Source: a virus (lineage: Duplodnaviria > Caudoviricetes). From it: 64,000 nt of DNA. Within the stretch, counting starts at the first letter, position 1; each line of letters opens with the position of its first letter. Positions 18,719-28,304 of the stretch are shown piece after piece. The position numbers were made by a program, and so were the translations under genes. The notes beneath the pieces were generated by a model that saw only the letters and a list, made by a program, of their open reading frames with translations, made no database searches and had not been told where the DNA came from. The stretch spans positions 2,187 through 66,186 of IMG/VR virus record IMGVR_UViG_3300028800_000090, one strand, 5' to 3'.

Positions 18719-21250
18719 ATGGACACACAGATGCTCGACGCGGCCACCGCTCCCAGTGCTCCTGAAGAGAAGCAGCCCGCATACTCCGTCGACAATCCCA
18801 TGACGGTAACCGGGGACGAGCAGGTTGCGCAGCAGGGCATCACCGACGACGACAAGAAGAAGCTGGTCGACGTCATCACCGCCTACCGCACCCAGTGGGC
18901 CCCGGACCGGCTGATGCGCTTCGCCAACTGGCAGAAGAACGGGATGTACTACCGCGGCCAGCAGATCATCGAGTGGGACTACCAGTCGAACACCTACGTT
19001 GACGTCATCGCGTGGTTCCGGCAGGAAGGTAAGGCGGCCGCCGGGCAGGAGATTGGGGCAGAGAAGTACATCAACAACATCACCCAGATGCTCGGCACGG
19101 GGTTTGTGGGCACGATGTCCCGCGGCATCCCGCCGACCGTCATCCGGCCTGAGAACGCGCAAATCCTCGCAGACGTCACGACCGCCAAGGCTGCGCAGGA
19201 CGCAATCACGATCATCGAGCGGACGAACCACATTCGGGAGATGGTGCGCGAGCAGAACACTTTGCTCTACCTCTACGGGGTCTATTTCAAGTACACCAGG
19301 TTCGTGTTGGACGGGAACGCCTACGGCTGGGACGAGGATCCGCTGTACGGCGAGATTCAAGTACAGAAGCCCGACCGGATGCGCTGCAAGGCGTGCGGGA
19401 TTGAGACACCTATCACGCAGTTGCCGCAGCAGCAAGACCCGCCCTGCCCGGAATGCCAGGAACCTTTAGGCCCGGGGAACTTCTGGCCCGCGGAGTCCTC
19501 GACCGAGATCGGCTTCCAGGGCATGAAGAAGTCGCCCAAGGGCATGGTGCGCTGGACCGTGCACGGCCCGATGGAGATCGACGTCGACCCCCAGGCCAAG
19601 AGCCTGTGCGACACCCCGCTTCTGGCGTTTGACCAGGAGATTGACATTGGCACGGCCAAGACCACGTTCGTTGCGAACTGGGACAAGATCACCGCCGGAG
19701 CGCAGAACCCCACCAGCCCGAACTCGGACTACGAGCGGTTGCGCCGGAACGACAACTACTCCTACGGATGGGCGTACACGTCCGACGTCGAGAACCAGAG
19801 GCCGACGTACTCGCAAGTCTGGTTGAAGCCGGAAGCCTTCGCGCGCACGGACGACGAAGCATTCTGGCAGAAAATGAAGGGGATTTACCCGCAGGGCTGC
19901 AAGGTCTCGATGATCGGCCCGGAGGTGGTCGAGATTCGCCCGGCAGTGCTCATCAAGGAGTGGTCTTCCTGCAAGCTGCACCAGACGTTTGGAATGTACT
20001 CGCCCTCGATCGCAGACAACGTTGTGCCGTTCAATGAGCGGTTCAACGACACCATGCAGCGAATCGACGACCACATCCAGCGCTGCTCGGCCGGTGTAAT
20101 CCTTGGCGATGCCTCCCGGCTGGATCGCAAGCAGTTGGCCGGCAAGGTGATGGATTCGGGCGTTATCAACTTTGTGAAGACCATGATGGGCGGGCAGAAA
20201 GTCGCTCTCTCGGACATGCTGCACCAGTTCCAGTTCCAGATCGACCAGAACATCATGTCGTACCCGAACATGCTCCTGAACTTTGCGGAGCTCATCTCGG
20301 GAGTGACGCCGCAGACCTTCGGCGCCGGCACGCAGGAGGGGATTGAGACCGCCAAGGGGCAGGCCCAGGCGCTGTCGACTGCGCAGGGAAGGCTGAACAT
20401 CTTCTTCGACAACGAGAAGGAGGAGCACTCGGTAGCTGCGCAGAACGCGATTGAATGCCTGCAGGCCAACATGACCGAGGACATTTACGAGGTCATTCAG
20501 GAGCAGGGTTCGGAGTTCCGCAACCAGTACGTGCACCTTGACGAGATGAAAGGCCGGGTCAAAGTCTACCCGGATCTCGACCAGGGCCTGCCGCAGTCGC
20601 CGGAAGAGGTACGTGCAACCTTCGAGAAGTTGGTCGAGCAGGCCAAGGACAACCCAGTGGTGCAGGAAATCTTCAAGGAGGTTCCGAACCAGCAGGCGGC
20701 GATGGCATCGATCGGGACGCCGGATATGGTTGTCCCCGGCTATGCACAGACGGCAAAGACCGAGCAGGACATCAACACGCTCATGTCCAAGCCGAGCATC
20801 CCAGCAACCGACCCGCGCACCGGCCAGATGAGCATGCAACTCCCTGCCCTGCCCGAGAAGGATGCGACCGACTATCCCGAGCTCTACAAGACGGTCAAGC
20901 TGTTCAAGCAGAAGAACGCCGACTACAAGACCAAGAATCCTCGCGGCTGGGCGCAGCTCACCCAGTACGTCGAGGCTGCCAAGCAGATGGAGATGGAAGA
21001 GGCAATCGAGAAGACCAAGCGCATGCAGCAGGTTCACCAGGCAGGGGCTCCGCCGTCTCCAGAGTCCAATCCTGCCGTCCAGCAGGCGCAGCAGTTACTC
21101 CTTCAGGACGCCGCAGACGAAGTAACGAACCTGACCCGCATCAGTCATATGCCTCCGCTTGGACCTTCTGGATCGATGGCCGCACAGGTGTCCGCAGGTT
21201 CCAAAATTTTGTCGGCAGCATTAGACGCACAGAAGCAGTCAGCAGCATAA
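18719..21250 (+). CDS. Portal protein (P22-like) with Zn-ribbon insertion
   Basis: 843 aa; YYRGQQ, 'GPMEIDVDPQAKSL', 'ELISGVT...G...ETAKG', long helical Q-rich C-terminus; position before scaffold and capsid. Confidence 0.85.
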   Translation: MDTQMLDAATAPSAPEEKQPAYSVDNPMTVTGDEQVAQQGITDDDKKKLVDVITAYRTQWAPDRLMRFANWQKNGMYYRGQQIIEWDYQSNTYVDVIAWFRQEGKAAAGQEIGAEKYINNITQMLGTGFVGTMSRGIPPTVIRPENAQILADVTTAKAAQDAITIIERTNHIREMVREQNTLLYLYGVYFKYTRFVLDGNAYGWDEDPLYGEIQVQKPDRMRCKACGIETPITQLPQQQDPPCPECQEPLGPGNFWPAESSTEIGFQGMKKSPKGMVRWTVHGPMEIDVDPQAKSLCDTPLLAFDQEIDIGTAKTTFVANWDKITAGAQNPTSPNSDYERLRRNDNYSYGWAYTSDVENQRPTYSQVWLKPEAFARTDDEAFWQKMKGIYPQGCKVSMIGPEVVEIRPAVLIKEWSSCKLHQTFGMYSPSIADNVVPFNERFNDTMQRIDDHIQRCSAGVILGDASRLDRKQLAGKVMDSGVINFVKTMMGGQKVALSDMLHQFQFQIDQNIMSYPNMLLNFAELISGVTPQTFGAGTQEGIETAKGQAQALSTAQGRLNIFFDNEKEEHSVAAQNAIECLQANMTEDIYEVIQEQGSEFRNQYVHLDEMKGRVKVYPDLDQGLPQSPEEVRATFEKLVEQAKDNPVVQEIFKEVPNQQAAMASIGTPDMVVPGYAQTAKTEQDINTLMSKPSIPATDPRTGQMSMQLPALPEKDATDYPELYKTVKLFKQKNADYKTKNPRGWAQLTQYVEAAKQMEMEEAIEKTKRMQQVHQAGAPPSPESNPAVQQAQQLLLQDAADEVTNLTRISHMPPLGPSGSMAAQVSAGSKILSAALDAQKQSAA

Positions 21251-21259
21251 ACTTTATCC

Positions 21260-21979
21260 ATGCCATACGGTGTCATTTATTGCCTCACAAATCTCGCTAA
21301 TGGAAAGTTCTACATCGGGCAGACCTCGCAGGCTCCGACACTGCGGCTGTATCAGCATTTCAAAGATGCCGAGCGCAAAACGGGACCCCTGCAAGCCGCG
21401 CTACGAAAATATGGGAGGGATGGCTTCTCGTTCGAAGTTCTTTCTGAGGCTGATAGTGCTGACGACCTAAACCGACTTGAAACACTCTGGATACTGAGCA
21501 CGAATGCTAATATCCGCGGGATCGGATACAACTGCGATAGCGGGGGAACTAGTAAGACGGCAAATGCGGAGACGCGAGAGAAATTGCGAGTAGCTCATTT
21601 AGGGAAAAAGCAGGGGCCTGAACAAATTGCCAAGCGTGTTATGTCTATGAAAGGGAAGAAACGTTCCGGGGTTGCCTTACAAAATCTTGTGAATGGTGCC
21701 CGTAAGCGCAGTGCCCAACTAACCCCAGAGCAGCGCTCCGCAATGGCGGACAGGTTCAGACTTTTCGCAACGGGCAGAGAGCCTCCTAACAAAGGCAAGA
21801 AGGGCATTCAGACGCCATGGAACAAGGGAATTCCGATGTCCGAAGAGATGAAATCTCGTCAGAGTGCCCTGCGTAAAGGAGTGAGTTTGAGTCCTGAGCA
21901 CAAGGCTCGCATCTCGGCTGCGATGAAAGGTAAAATGCCGACAGTGAATTTGAGACGCAAAGCAGCTACCGCAGCATAA
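21260..21979 (+). CDS. GIY-YIG homing endonuclease with NUMOD3 repeats
   Basis: GVIYCLTNLANGKFYIGQT...R...GYN; ETREKLR-AHLGKK, PWNKG, SPEHKARIS. Confidence 0.92.
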   Translation: MPYGVIYCLTNLANGKFYIGQTSQAPTLRLYQHFKDAERKTGPLQAALRKYGRDGFSFEVLSEADSADDLNRLETLWILSTNANIRGIGYNCDSGGTSKTANAETREKLRVAHLGKKQGPEQIAKRVMSMKGKKRSGVALQNLVNGARKRSAQLTPEQRSAMADRFRLFATGREPPNKGKKGIQTPWNKGIPMSEEMKSRQSALRKGVSLSPEHKARISAAMKGKMPTVNLRRKAATAA

Positions 21980-21989
21980 GGAGTCCCAC

Positions 21990-22574
21990 ATGAAACACAG
22001 AGATTTCGTAGTTCTCGTGCGCGGCGAAGAGGAGATAAATGCTCTCGTCGCTTCCTCGCACGTCGTCACCACCCCAGCAACACAAACCGTTCCTGCGTTC
22101 GATACGGAGCACCTGACGCTGGTGTTCATTGAACCTTCCGGTGCAGGGCAGACCACCGGCGAAGGACTGCGCAACTCGATCAAGGTGCAGATCGATGTGC
22201 CTCCGGTGGATGTGGGCAAGCACTTCGGATGGAAGGAAGTGGACGATGCCGAGCCACAGGTGGACCAGACCGCTTTCGACTCCGCGATTGCGTGGCGCGA
22301 GTACGCAGCGAAGCTCGAAACTGTTGTAATTACTGATGGCCATCCAATCGGACGCATAGCCTCTGATGAAACCCGCACAGAACCGCCTACGGCAAGCTAT
22401 TGCCCAGTGATGACGATCAGCCGAGAACCGGTGCCCGCCGAGCAAGTATCCGTCGCGACAGCGGATTCCGCACCTTCCGAGCCTGAAGTGATGCAGCCGG
22501 ACCCCGCCGTAGTCGAAGCTGCACAGCCTGTCGTCGAGGCTGATCCTGCCGTCACGGAAGCCGCTGCAAGCTAG
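21990..22574 (+). CDS. Hypothetical acidic protein
   Basis: SD AAGGAG; 194 aa. Confidence 0.7.
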   Translation: MKHRDFVVLVRGEEEINALVASSHVVTTPATQTVPAFDTEHLTLVFIEPSGAGQTTGEGLRNSIKVQIDVPPVDVGKHFGWKEVDDAEPQVDQTAFDSAIAWREYAAKLETVVITDGHPIGRIASDETRTEPPTASYCPVMTISREPVPAEQVSVATADSAPSEPEVMQPDPAVVEAAQPVVEADPAVTEAAAS

Positions 22575-22599
22575 TCTCACAAACACGTTTACTGCACAA

Positions 22600-22630
22600 A
22601 CGGGTCACCTTCGGGTGGCCCGTACTTTTT
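22600..22630 (+). terminator. Rho-independent terminator
   Basis: ACGGGTCACC-TTCG-GGTGGCCCGT then ACTTTTT; C(UUCG)G loop. Confidence 0.8.
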
Positions 22631-22646
22631 GCCCCGAGGTCATACC

Positions 22647-24299
22647 ATGCCAGAAGGAACTGCCGTAGCTGCACCGCCCGCCGCCGCACCTGTTGCCGCG
22701 CCCGCTGCTTCCGCCCCCGTCTCTGCCCCGGTTTCTACCCCTGCCGCAGAACCAGCCGCTCCAGTCGTCGCCACGCCCGGCCAGAGCGAGGCTCCCCCCG
22801 CCGCGGCCGCTGCTGCCGCCGAGCCTTCCGCCGCAGCCGCTACAGCCGACGCCCCCAAGCGGGAAGACTTCCCCATGGACGCTGGAGGCATCGAGCAGTT
22901 CCTGAAGGCCCGCAACGCCTGGGAGGAAGAGCACCCGGACGGCACGGTACTGACCACCGGAGACGAAGTCATTGATCCTGATGCCCCGGCTGCCGAAGCC
23001 GCTGCCGCCGCAGAAGCGGAGGACAAACCAGCCGCAGAGGCAGACAAGCCCGCAGACGCCAAGCCTGCGGAAGTCGACGCACCGACACCGGCAGCGCTGG
23101 CCAAGATTCTCGAAGACAACCCGGACCTGAAGACGGCGCTGGAGGCTTCCCCCGAGGCAAAGGGCGCTATCTGGTCGATGGCGCGGCAGAACGCCAAAGC
23201 CGCTCCAGTCCTCGAAATCTTCCCGAATGTAGAGGCTGCCAAGTTCGCGCAGACCAACGCCAACGATTTTGTCACGCTGAAGACCGCTTTCACCCTGGCC
23301 GACTCGCCGGAGAAGATTGCCAGCGCATCCGACCTGTTCCTCGAGCAGTTCAAGGTGGTGGACGACAAGGGCGCACCGGTGCTCGACGCAAAGGGCAATC
23401 CAACCTACGGCGATGACCTCGAGCTTTTCACGAACCACATGACGACGCGCAACATCTCGGCGCGCATCGATGTGCTCAAGGAGAAGATCACCGCCAACCA
23501 GTTCACCACCGAAGAGGGCAAGGACAACGCAGAGCAGGCTCTTTCTGCACTGGAGTTTGGGCTTGCGTACCTCGAAGCTGGCGATGCGGACGAACTGGAC
23601 AAGCCCAACCTCGACGGTTTGACCCCCGAGCAAAAGGCATGGCAGGAGCGCGAGCAGAAGAAGATCACCGATGAAAAGGAGCGCCTTGGGATCAAAGACA
23701 AGCAGATGTCGAAGCAGCAGGTTGCCGCGGCGCGCGAAGCCAACCGCACCGAGTACCGGAAGCAGTTTGGCGGATCGGTCGGAAAGTATCTCGGCAACTA
23801 CCTGAAACAGAAGGAAGAGGCAGGCGTAGCCATTCCGAGACTTCTGGTCACGATGACGGATAAGTCCGGTCTTTCCCTGTTCGCAAAGACTGCGCTCGAC
23901 CGGCTGAACGACAAGCTCGAGAGCATGCCCACGGTCCGGTCGAACTCTGCAACGTTCGAGATGAACGCCATCAACGAGGAAGGGCTGAAAGCCCGGCTGA
24001 AGTACGGTGACGACCTCAAGGACGAATACCTGCCCACCATCATCGATGACCTGCTGAGGGAGGCAGGCGTGACCCTGAAGGATGAGGCAGACGACAAGAT
24101 TGCGAGCCGTGACGCGCGGCGCGCAGATGCACGGACTGAGCCGGCGGGTGGTTTGCCGTCCAGCCCGCGGCACATGAGCGATGAGCAGTTGATGAAGGAA
24201 GCGTACAAGAACGTCGACACCAAGTTCCCCGGCATCGATGGTGCTCAACGCATGCAGAAAGCACTTATGGAGCGCGACCGGCTACAGAGCGGACGCTAA
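22647..24299 (+). CDS. Capsid scaffolding protein
   Basis: Ala/Pro-rich N-terminus, acidic helical body, directly upstream of the capsid gene. Confidence 0.75.
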   Translation: MPEGTAVAAPPAAAPVAAPAASAPVSAPVSTPAAEPAAPVVATPGQSEAPPAAAAAAAEPSAAAATADAPKREDFPMDAGGIEQFLKARNAWEEEHPDGTVLTTGDEVIDPDAPAAEAAAAAEAEDKPAAEADKPADAKPAEVDAPTPAALAKILEDNPDLKTALEASPEAKGAIWSMARQNAKAAPVLEIFPNVEAAKFAQTNANDFVTLKTAFTLADSPEKIASASDLFLEQFKVVDDKGAPVLDAKGNPTYGDDLELFTNHMTTRNISARIDVLKEKITANQFTTEEGKDNAEQALSALEFGLAYLEAGDADELDKPNLDGLTPEQKAWQEREQKKITDEKERLGIKDKQMSKQQVAAAREANRTEYRKQFGGSVGKYLGNYLKQKEEAGVAIPRLLVTMTDKSGLSLFAKTALDRLNDKLESMPTVRSNSATFEMNAINEEGLKARLKYGDDLKDEYLPTIIDDLLREAGVTLKDEADDKIASRDARRADARTEPAGGLPSSPRHMSDEQLMKEAYKNVDTKFPGIDGAQRMQKALMERDRLQSGR

Positions 24300-24474
24300 C
24301 TCGGACTCTTCCCACTGTGTATCCGCCTACCAGGGGCGTTAGGGGACAAAAGAGAACGAAGCAGCGCGAGCGACAAGCCAGAACGCCCACCCAGGCCGCA
24401 CAGCTAACTCCTGTTGCGAAACCGCGGGAAGTACCATACACGGCTGCCCCTTATAAGGCGGCAAGGACAAACAC

Positions 24475-25776
24475 ATGTCAGAGCCCAATTATGGCGCAGC
24501 CGCACAGCAAACCGTGCTGATGCTGCAGAAGGTCAACAAAGACGTCCAGCTCGTCGAATCCCTCGACACCGGCCTCGACAAGATGTTTAGCTCGGTCGGT
24601 CCCGGCGACGAGATCGGCTTGCAGAACTACCGTCTTCCCCTGCAGTTGGAAGTCGGCGGCATCGGCGGGTACTACAACCCGGACGGCGGCACCTATCCCC
24701 AGGGAGCTGCAGCCCAGTACGACCAGATGATCCTGGCGCCTCAGCCCATCATCCTGGCGTTCACCGTGACCGAACTTGCGCGGCGCATCTCGAAGGCCGG
24801 CATGGACGTCACCGTGAAGAACTGGGTGGCGAAGATGATTGCGGACGCCAAGAAGAAGGCTTCGCACTTCCGCAACGCATACCTGCAGGACTACAACAAC
24901 GGCCTCCTGGCAACGGTCGATGCGACCTACGCCGGCGGCGGCTCCACAACCGTCCCCCTGGCCTCGAACCCCTTCGGCGGCCGTCTCATCAACCGCGGCG
25001 ATCAGTTGCAGGCGACCGACGCGAACTTCAACGTCATCGGCACCGTCAACGTGCTCGACATCCAGAAGAACGGAATCGGCACGCCTGACGTCATGACGAT
25101 CGACATCTGCCCCGCAGGACTGGCGATCGGCTACCAGTTCATCCCGTTCGGCCTTGCTTCCGGCAACCCCATCGCCATCAATGGACTGAAGTACCTCGTC
25201 AGCCCGTCCGTGACTGGGGAACTCTGCGGCATCGCGCGCGCGAACTCCTACGTGCAGGCTCCTGCATGGAACGCCAACAACGCCTTCTTGACCAACGCCG
25301 GCACGGAGATTTTCCTTGCTCGCATGGAACAGGCCCTTGGCGCTGACCGCTTCGCTTCCGGCGCGGCCAACAACAAGTGGTACGGGCACCAGGCGCAGTG
25401 GACCAGCGTCAAAATCCTCGGCTTCGGGAAAATGGTCTATTTCTCGAATGACGGCAAGACGATGGACTTCGACATCGCCGGGTCGACCAAGGGCAAGCGC
25501 ATGCTGGCAGGTTGCGAGTACACGTCGGATTCGATGGCGTCGATTGCAGACCTGTACTTCCTCGACAAGAGCACTCTGAAGCGGGTTCGTTACCCCGACT
25601 CCGAGAAGTTCCTGCCCGGGCCGCTCGAGGGCATGTTCTGGCCGCGTATGTCCGGGGGACTCTGGTCCTCGCAGTCGGACATCCTGTACCAGGACTCGAC
25701 AAATTACACCGTGAATAACCCATTTGCAAACGGCGTGATGTCGAATTTGTCTATCCAGCCTGGTTTCTCGAACTAA
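24475..25776 (+). CDS. Major capsid protein (HK97 fold)
   Basis: 433 aa, strongest codon bias in the region, position after scaffold; 'INGLKYLV...G-LCGIARA' motif. Confidence 0.8.
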   Translation: MSEPNYGAAAQQTVLMLQKVNKDVQLVESLDTGLDKMFSSVGPGDEIGLQNYRLPLQLEVGGIGGYYNPDGGTYPQGAAAQYDQMILAPQPIILAFTVTELARRISKAGMDVTVKNWVAKMIADAKKKASHFRNAYLQDYNNGLLATVDATYAGGGSTTVPLASNPFGGRLINRGDQLQATDANFNVIGTVNVLDIQKNGIGTPDVMTIDICPAGLAIGYQFIPFGLASGNPIAINGLKYLVSPSVTGELCGIARANSYVQAPAWNANNAFLTNAGTEIFLARMEQALGADRFASGAANNKWYGHQAQWTSVKILGFGKMVYFSNDGKTMDFDIAGSTKGKRMLAGCEYTSDSMASIADLYFLDKSTLKRVRYPDSEKFLPGPLEGMFWPRMSGGLWSSQSDILYQDSTNYTVNNPFANGVMSNLSIQPGFSN

Positions 25777-25792
25777 ATCAACAACTTACAGT

Positions 25793-26404
25793 TCATGGGG
25801 TGGAGTCAACTCGATCCACCCATGAATTTCCCACGCAGACGCTCCAAACCGTATGAGTTGAGATTTCGTAGAGCCTCGCGATATCAGTACGCCGCATCCC
25901 TTGGGCGTCAAGGTCTCGGATAGCCCTAGCTCTCTCTCTGGAGAGTTTCATGCTTCGACGTCGTTCATTATTGATTCTCGGGGTGACGGGTTCGTTATGG
26001 TCTGGATTGACGCATGGAGGCTGGAAACAAAGATGGTCAAGGTCAAGGCCTTCTGGAATTGGCCCTTTAGCTTGCTCGTAGAACCAGCGATGCGCAGGCT
26101 GGCTCTTGCCGTCACGACTGATTTTCCCGTACCCCATATGGTCGCGGTGCCATTGCCATATCCAGCATGGGGTCTTGTAGCCGCAGTCCTCGACGATGTA
26201 CTGAGGAGTTTTCGGTCGAAGGCGATGGTGCTGTATCCACCGAACTGGATACCCAAGCAAAGTATTGTCGCGTTTCGACGTAGATTTCGCCAACGGAGTC
26301 TTTTCTCCGCAGTCGCACCAGCAAAGACCAGAGGGATTCGGCTGGTCGGTTATAGCGCGTTCACGAGTCTTTGCGTAGGGTCCGTACTTGGGTCTCTGTG
26401 GCAT
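25793..26404 (-). CDS. HNH homing endonuclease with N-terminal Cys motif and C-terminal HTH
   Basis: ATG 26404 after GAGAGGA; GLCWCDCGEKT; CWIWQ...GYG...AHRWFYE...GPIPEGLDLDHLC...CVNPDH; DIARLYEIS. Confidence 0.9.
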   Translation of the reverse strand: MPQRPKYGPYAKTRERAITDQPNPSGLCWCDCGEKTPLAKSTSKRDNTLLGYPVRWIQHHRLRPKTPQYIVEDCGYKTPCWIWQWHRDHMGYGKISRDGKSQPAHRWFYEQAKGPIPEGLDLDHLCFQPPCVNPDHNEPVTPRINNERRRSMKLSRERARAIRDLDAQGMRRTDIARLYEISTHTVWSVCVGNSWVDRVDSTP

Positions 26405-26507
26405 CTTTGATCCTCTCAAGGTAGGACGGCAGCGGAGTCCTTGAGTTCTCCGCCACCTAACGCCGGGTAATTAGTCCGTCGCCCTTTACTGCACCACCAG
26501 AATACCA
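26405..26507 (-). promoter_or_regulatory. Extended -10 promoter and pseudoknotted leader of the HNH gene
   Basis: TG-G-TATTCT (26507-26499); 10-bp stem whose loop CTCAAGG complements CCTTGAG at the SD. Confidence 0.55.
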
Positions 26508-26519
26508 GAGGTTTTACCG

Positions 26520-27236
26520 ATGCAGATTGATTCCGCCGACCTCCGCACCCCCTCCGCAGTCCGCACCGAACTTGGCCGGTATGGAGGTCTGAACCCGTAC
26601 AACCGCGCTAACTGGCGCATCGTGCTGGCCGAGGACCGCAGAGAACTCCGCGGGGGAGTCTTCAAGACGATGCCTTCAGGCGACGTCAAAAGTTTCGAGT
26701 TTGAGCCGGTTCTGATCAACGGAAAACGGGTTTATCGCATGCACCACACGGAAGTCAAGCCTGAGAAGATAGTTACCGGCTTTCAGGAGGTGCCTAAATA
26801 TCCGGTGAAGGGTTGGATACTCGAGCGCTGGTTTCCTGCGAGCAAGAAGGGCATGGGCAAGGCGGAGTGGGAGGCGGTGAAGTCGTCGGACGGCATTACC
26901 CCGATGATGGGCCCGTACCCGACCGAAGGCTTTTACTTCATGCTGGCGGGACCGTTTTCGCGCATCCCCGAGATGGAGGACCTGAAGAACGCCATTTCGA
27001 TGCACATCCGGGCGGAGGAAGCGCAGCCGGCGAGCTACCAGCAGATGCTACTCGAAGAAATCAACGGAGACGAGGAAGAGAAGGCCAAGGCCTACGCGAA
27101 AGCGATGGAGGAACTTGGGCACTTCTACGAGTCCGAGGTTGAGCCGGTGATGCGAGGAACGAGTCTCGGCGCCGGACGTATCCGCAACGAACTTGCAGAG
27201 TCAGTAGGCGACCGCAGCCACCACGGAGTCGCTTAG
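26520..27236 (+). CDS. Hypothetical morphogenesis-region protein
   Basis: 238-aa ORF; GG-NPY...WRIV, WILERW motifs. Confidence 0.75.
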   Translation: MQIDSADLRTPSAVRTELGRYGGLNPYNRANWRIVLAEDRRELRGGVFKTMPSGDVKSFEFEPVLINGKRVYRMHHTEVKPEKIVTGFQEVPKYPVKGWILERWFPASKKGMGKAEWEAVKSSDGITPMMGPYPTEGFYFMLAGPFSRIPEMEDLKNAISMHIRAEEAQPASYQQMLLEEINGDEEEKAKAYAKAMEELGHFYESEVEPVMRGTSLGAGRIRNELAESVGDRSHHGVA

Positions 27237-27269
27237 GCACTACCACGGCAGTACCCACAGCACTACCCA
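27236..27269 (+). repeat. Three imperfect tandem ~12-bp repeats (RGCASTACC)
   Basis: GGCACTACCAC / GGCAGTACCCAC / AGCACTACCCA, immediately before SD AAGGAG. Confidence 0.6.
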
Positions 27270-27283
27270 AGGAGAAAACACCG

Positions 27284-28291
27284 ATGTTCGAAAACGAGCC
27301 AATCTCACAGGAATCCCAAGGACTTGCCAGCGTCTCTGAGCAGGCGCGCGCCGCTATCCGCACCGTCACCATGGGCGCAGGCATGCAGCGTTTGACCGTA
27401 CAGCGCCAGTCCGCATACATGGACCTCAAGAACTCCGGGCGCCTCAAAGCTGCGACGGTGATCAACTTCAACCCAATCAGCCTGAAGGTGCACGACGGGC
27501 ATGTGCCGTGGCGAATCCCTGCGGGGACGGACGAGAACAAGAAGGGCGTCAAGGTGCCTTACGGCAAACTGATGTACGAGGCGTCCTACTTCACCGTGCG
27601 TGAGCCTGCCTTTGTGCCCTGGATCGAGGACGTCAAGAAGCCGGCAGCCGACGACGAGAACGCGGCGGGCATCTACAAGCCGGTGTTCCTGTTGCCGATC
27701 GAGCTTTTGAACCAGTTCCGCATCGAGTACACCGACCCCAGCCGCAACATGACCGGAGGCGTGCTCGTAATCGAAGGCGACATCCACTCCTTCACCAAGA
27801 GTAAGGGCATGATCCGGGTACCGAAGACTCTGCGTCTGCCGGATGGGACGATCAGCTATTCATCGGAGGAAAAGTCGCTCACCGAGGAGCTTGCTGCCTG
27901 CCTGGATATGCAGAAAACCCGCTGCGAGTTCATGATCCAGCAGGGCGACGAGTACAACCAGAACGAGCAGGAGCGCAAGAACATCACCCCGGTCCACCGT
28001 GCCTGGTACAAGTTTGCCATGACGATGGGCTGGAAGACGAAGGAAGCGGCGTGGATGAGCGCGACGATGGAGCCGGAGGAGACTTGCGTAGGCTGCGGCA
28101 AGGGCGTTCCCCCGACTGCTGCTTTCTTCTGCGAGTGCGGACGTCCTTTCAATCCGCTGGCTGCGTTCCTGGCCGGTGAGAACGTTCCAGAGTCGTATCT
28201 GTTTGCGCTGCAAGGCACAGACCTCGATAAGGCGCTGGGCGAGATGGACCGGCGCGCGAAGATTCGCGCGAAGTTCCAGCCCAAAGCGTAG
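27284..28291 (+). CDS. Hypothetical protein with C-terminal Zn ribbon
   Basis: SD AAGGAG; CVGCG...FCECG. Confidence 0.8.
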   Translation: MFENEPISQESQGLASVSEQARAAIRTVTMGAGMQRLTVQRQSAYMDLKNSGRLKAATVINFNPISLKVHDGHVPWRIPAGTDENKKGVKVPYGKLMYEASYFTVREPAFVPWIEDVKKPAADDENAAGIYKPVFLLPIELLNQFRIEYTDPSRNMTGGVLVIEGDIHSFTKSKGMIRVPKTLRLPDGTISYSSEEKSLTEELAACLDMQKTRCEFMIQQGDEYNQNEQERKNITPVHRAWYKFAMTMGWKTKEAAWMSATMEPEETCVGCGKGVPPTAAFFCECGRPFNPLAAFLAGENVPESYLFALQGTDLDKALGEMDRRAKIRAKFQPKA

Positions 28292-28304
28292 GTAGGAGGG
28301 CGTC

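Noticed and set aside
19466-24248. Long antisense ORFs (523 aa and 547 aa; also 45961-47424 and 58435-59829)
   Set aside because: Shadow frames of strongly GC3-biased genes; no motifs
27236-27269. CRISPR-like mini-array
   Set aside because: Repeats are ~12 bp with no spacers and no cas genes
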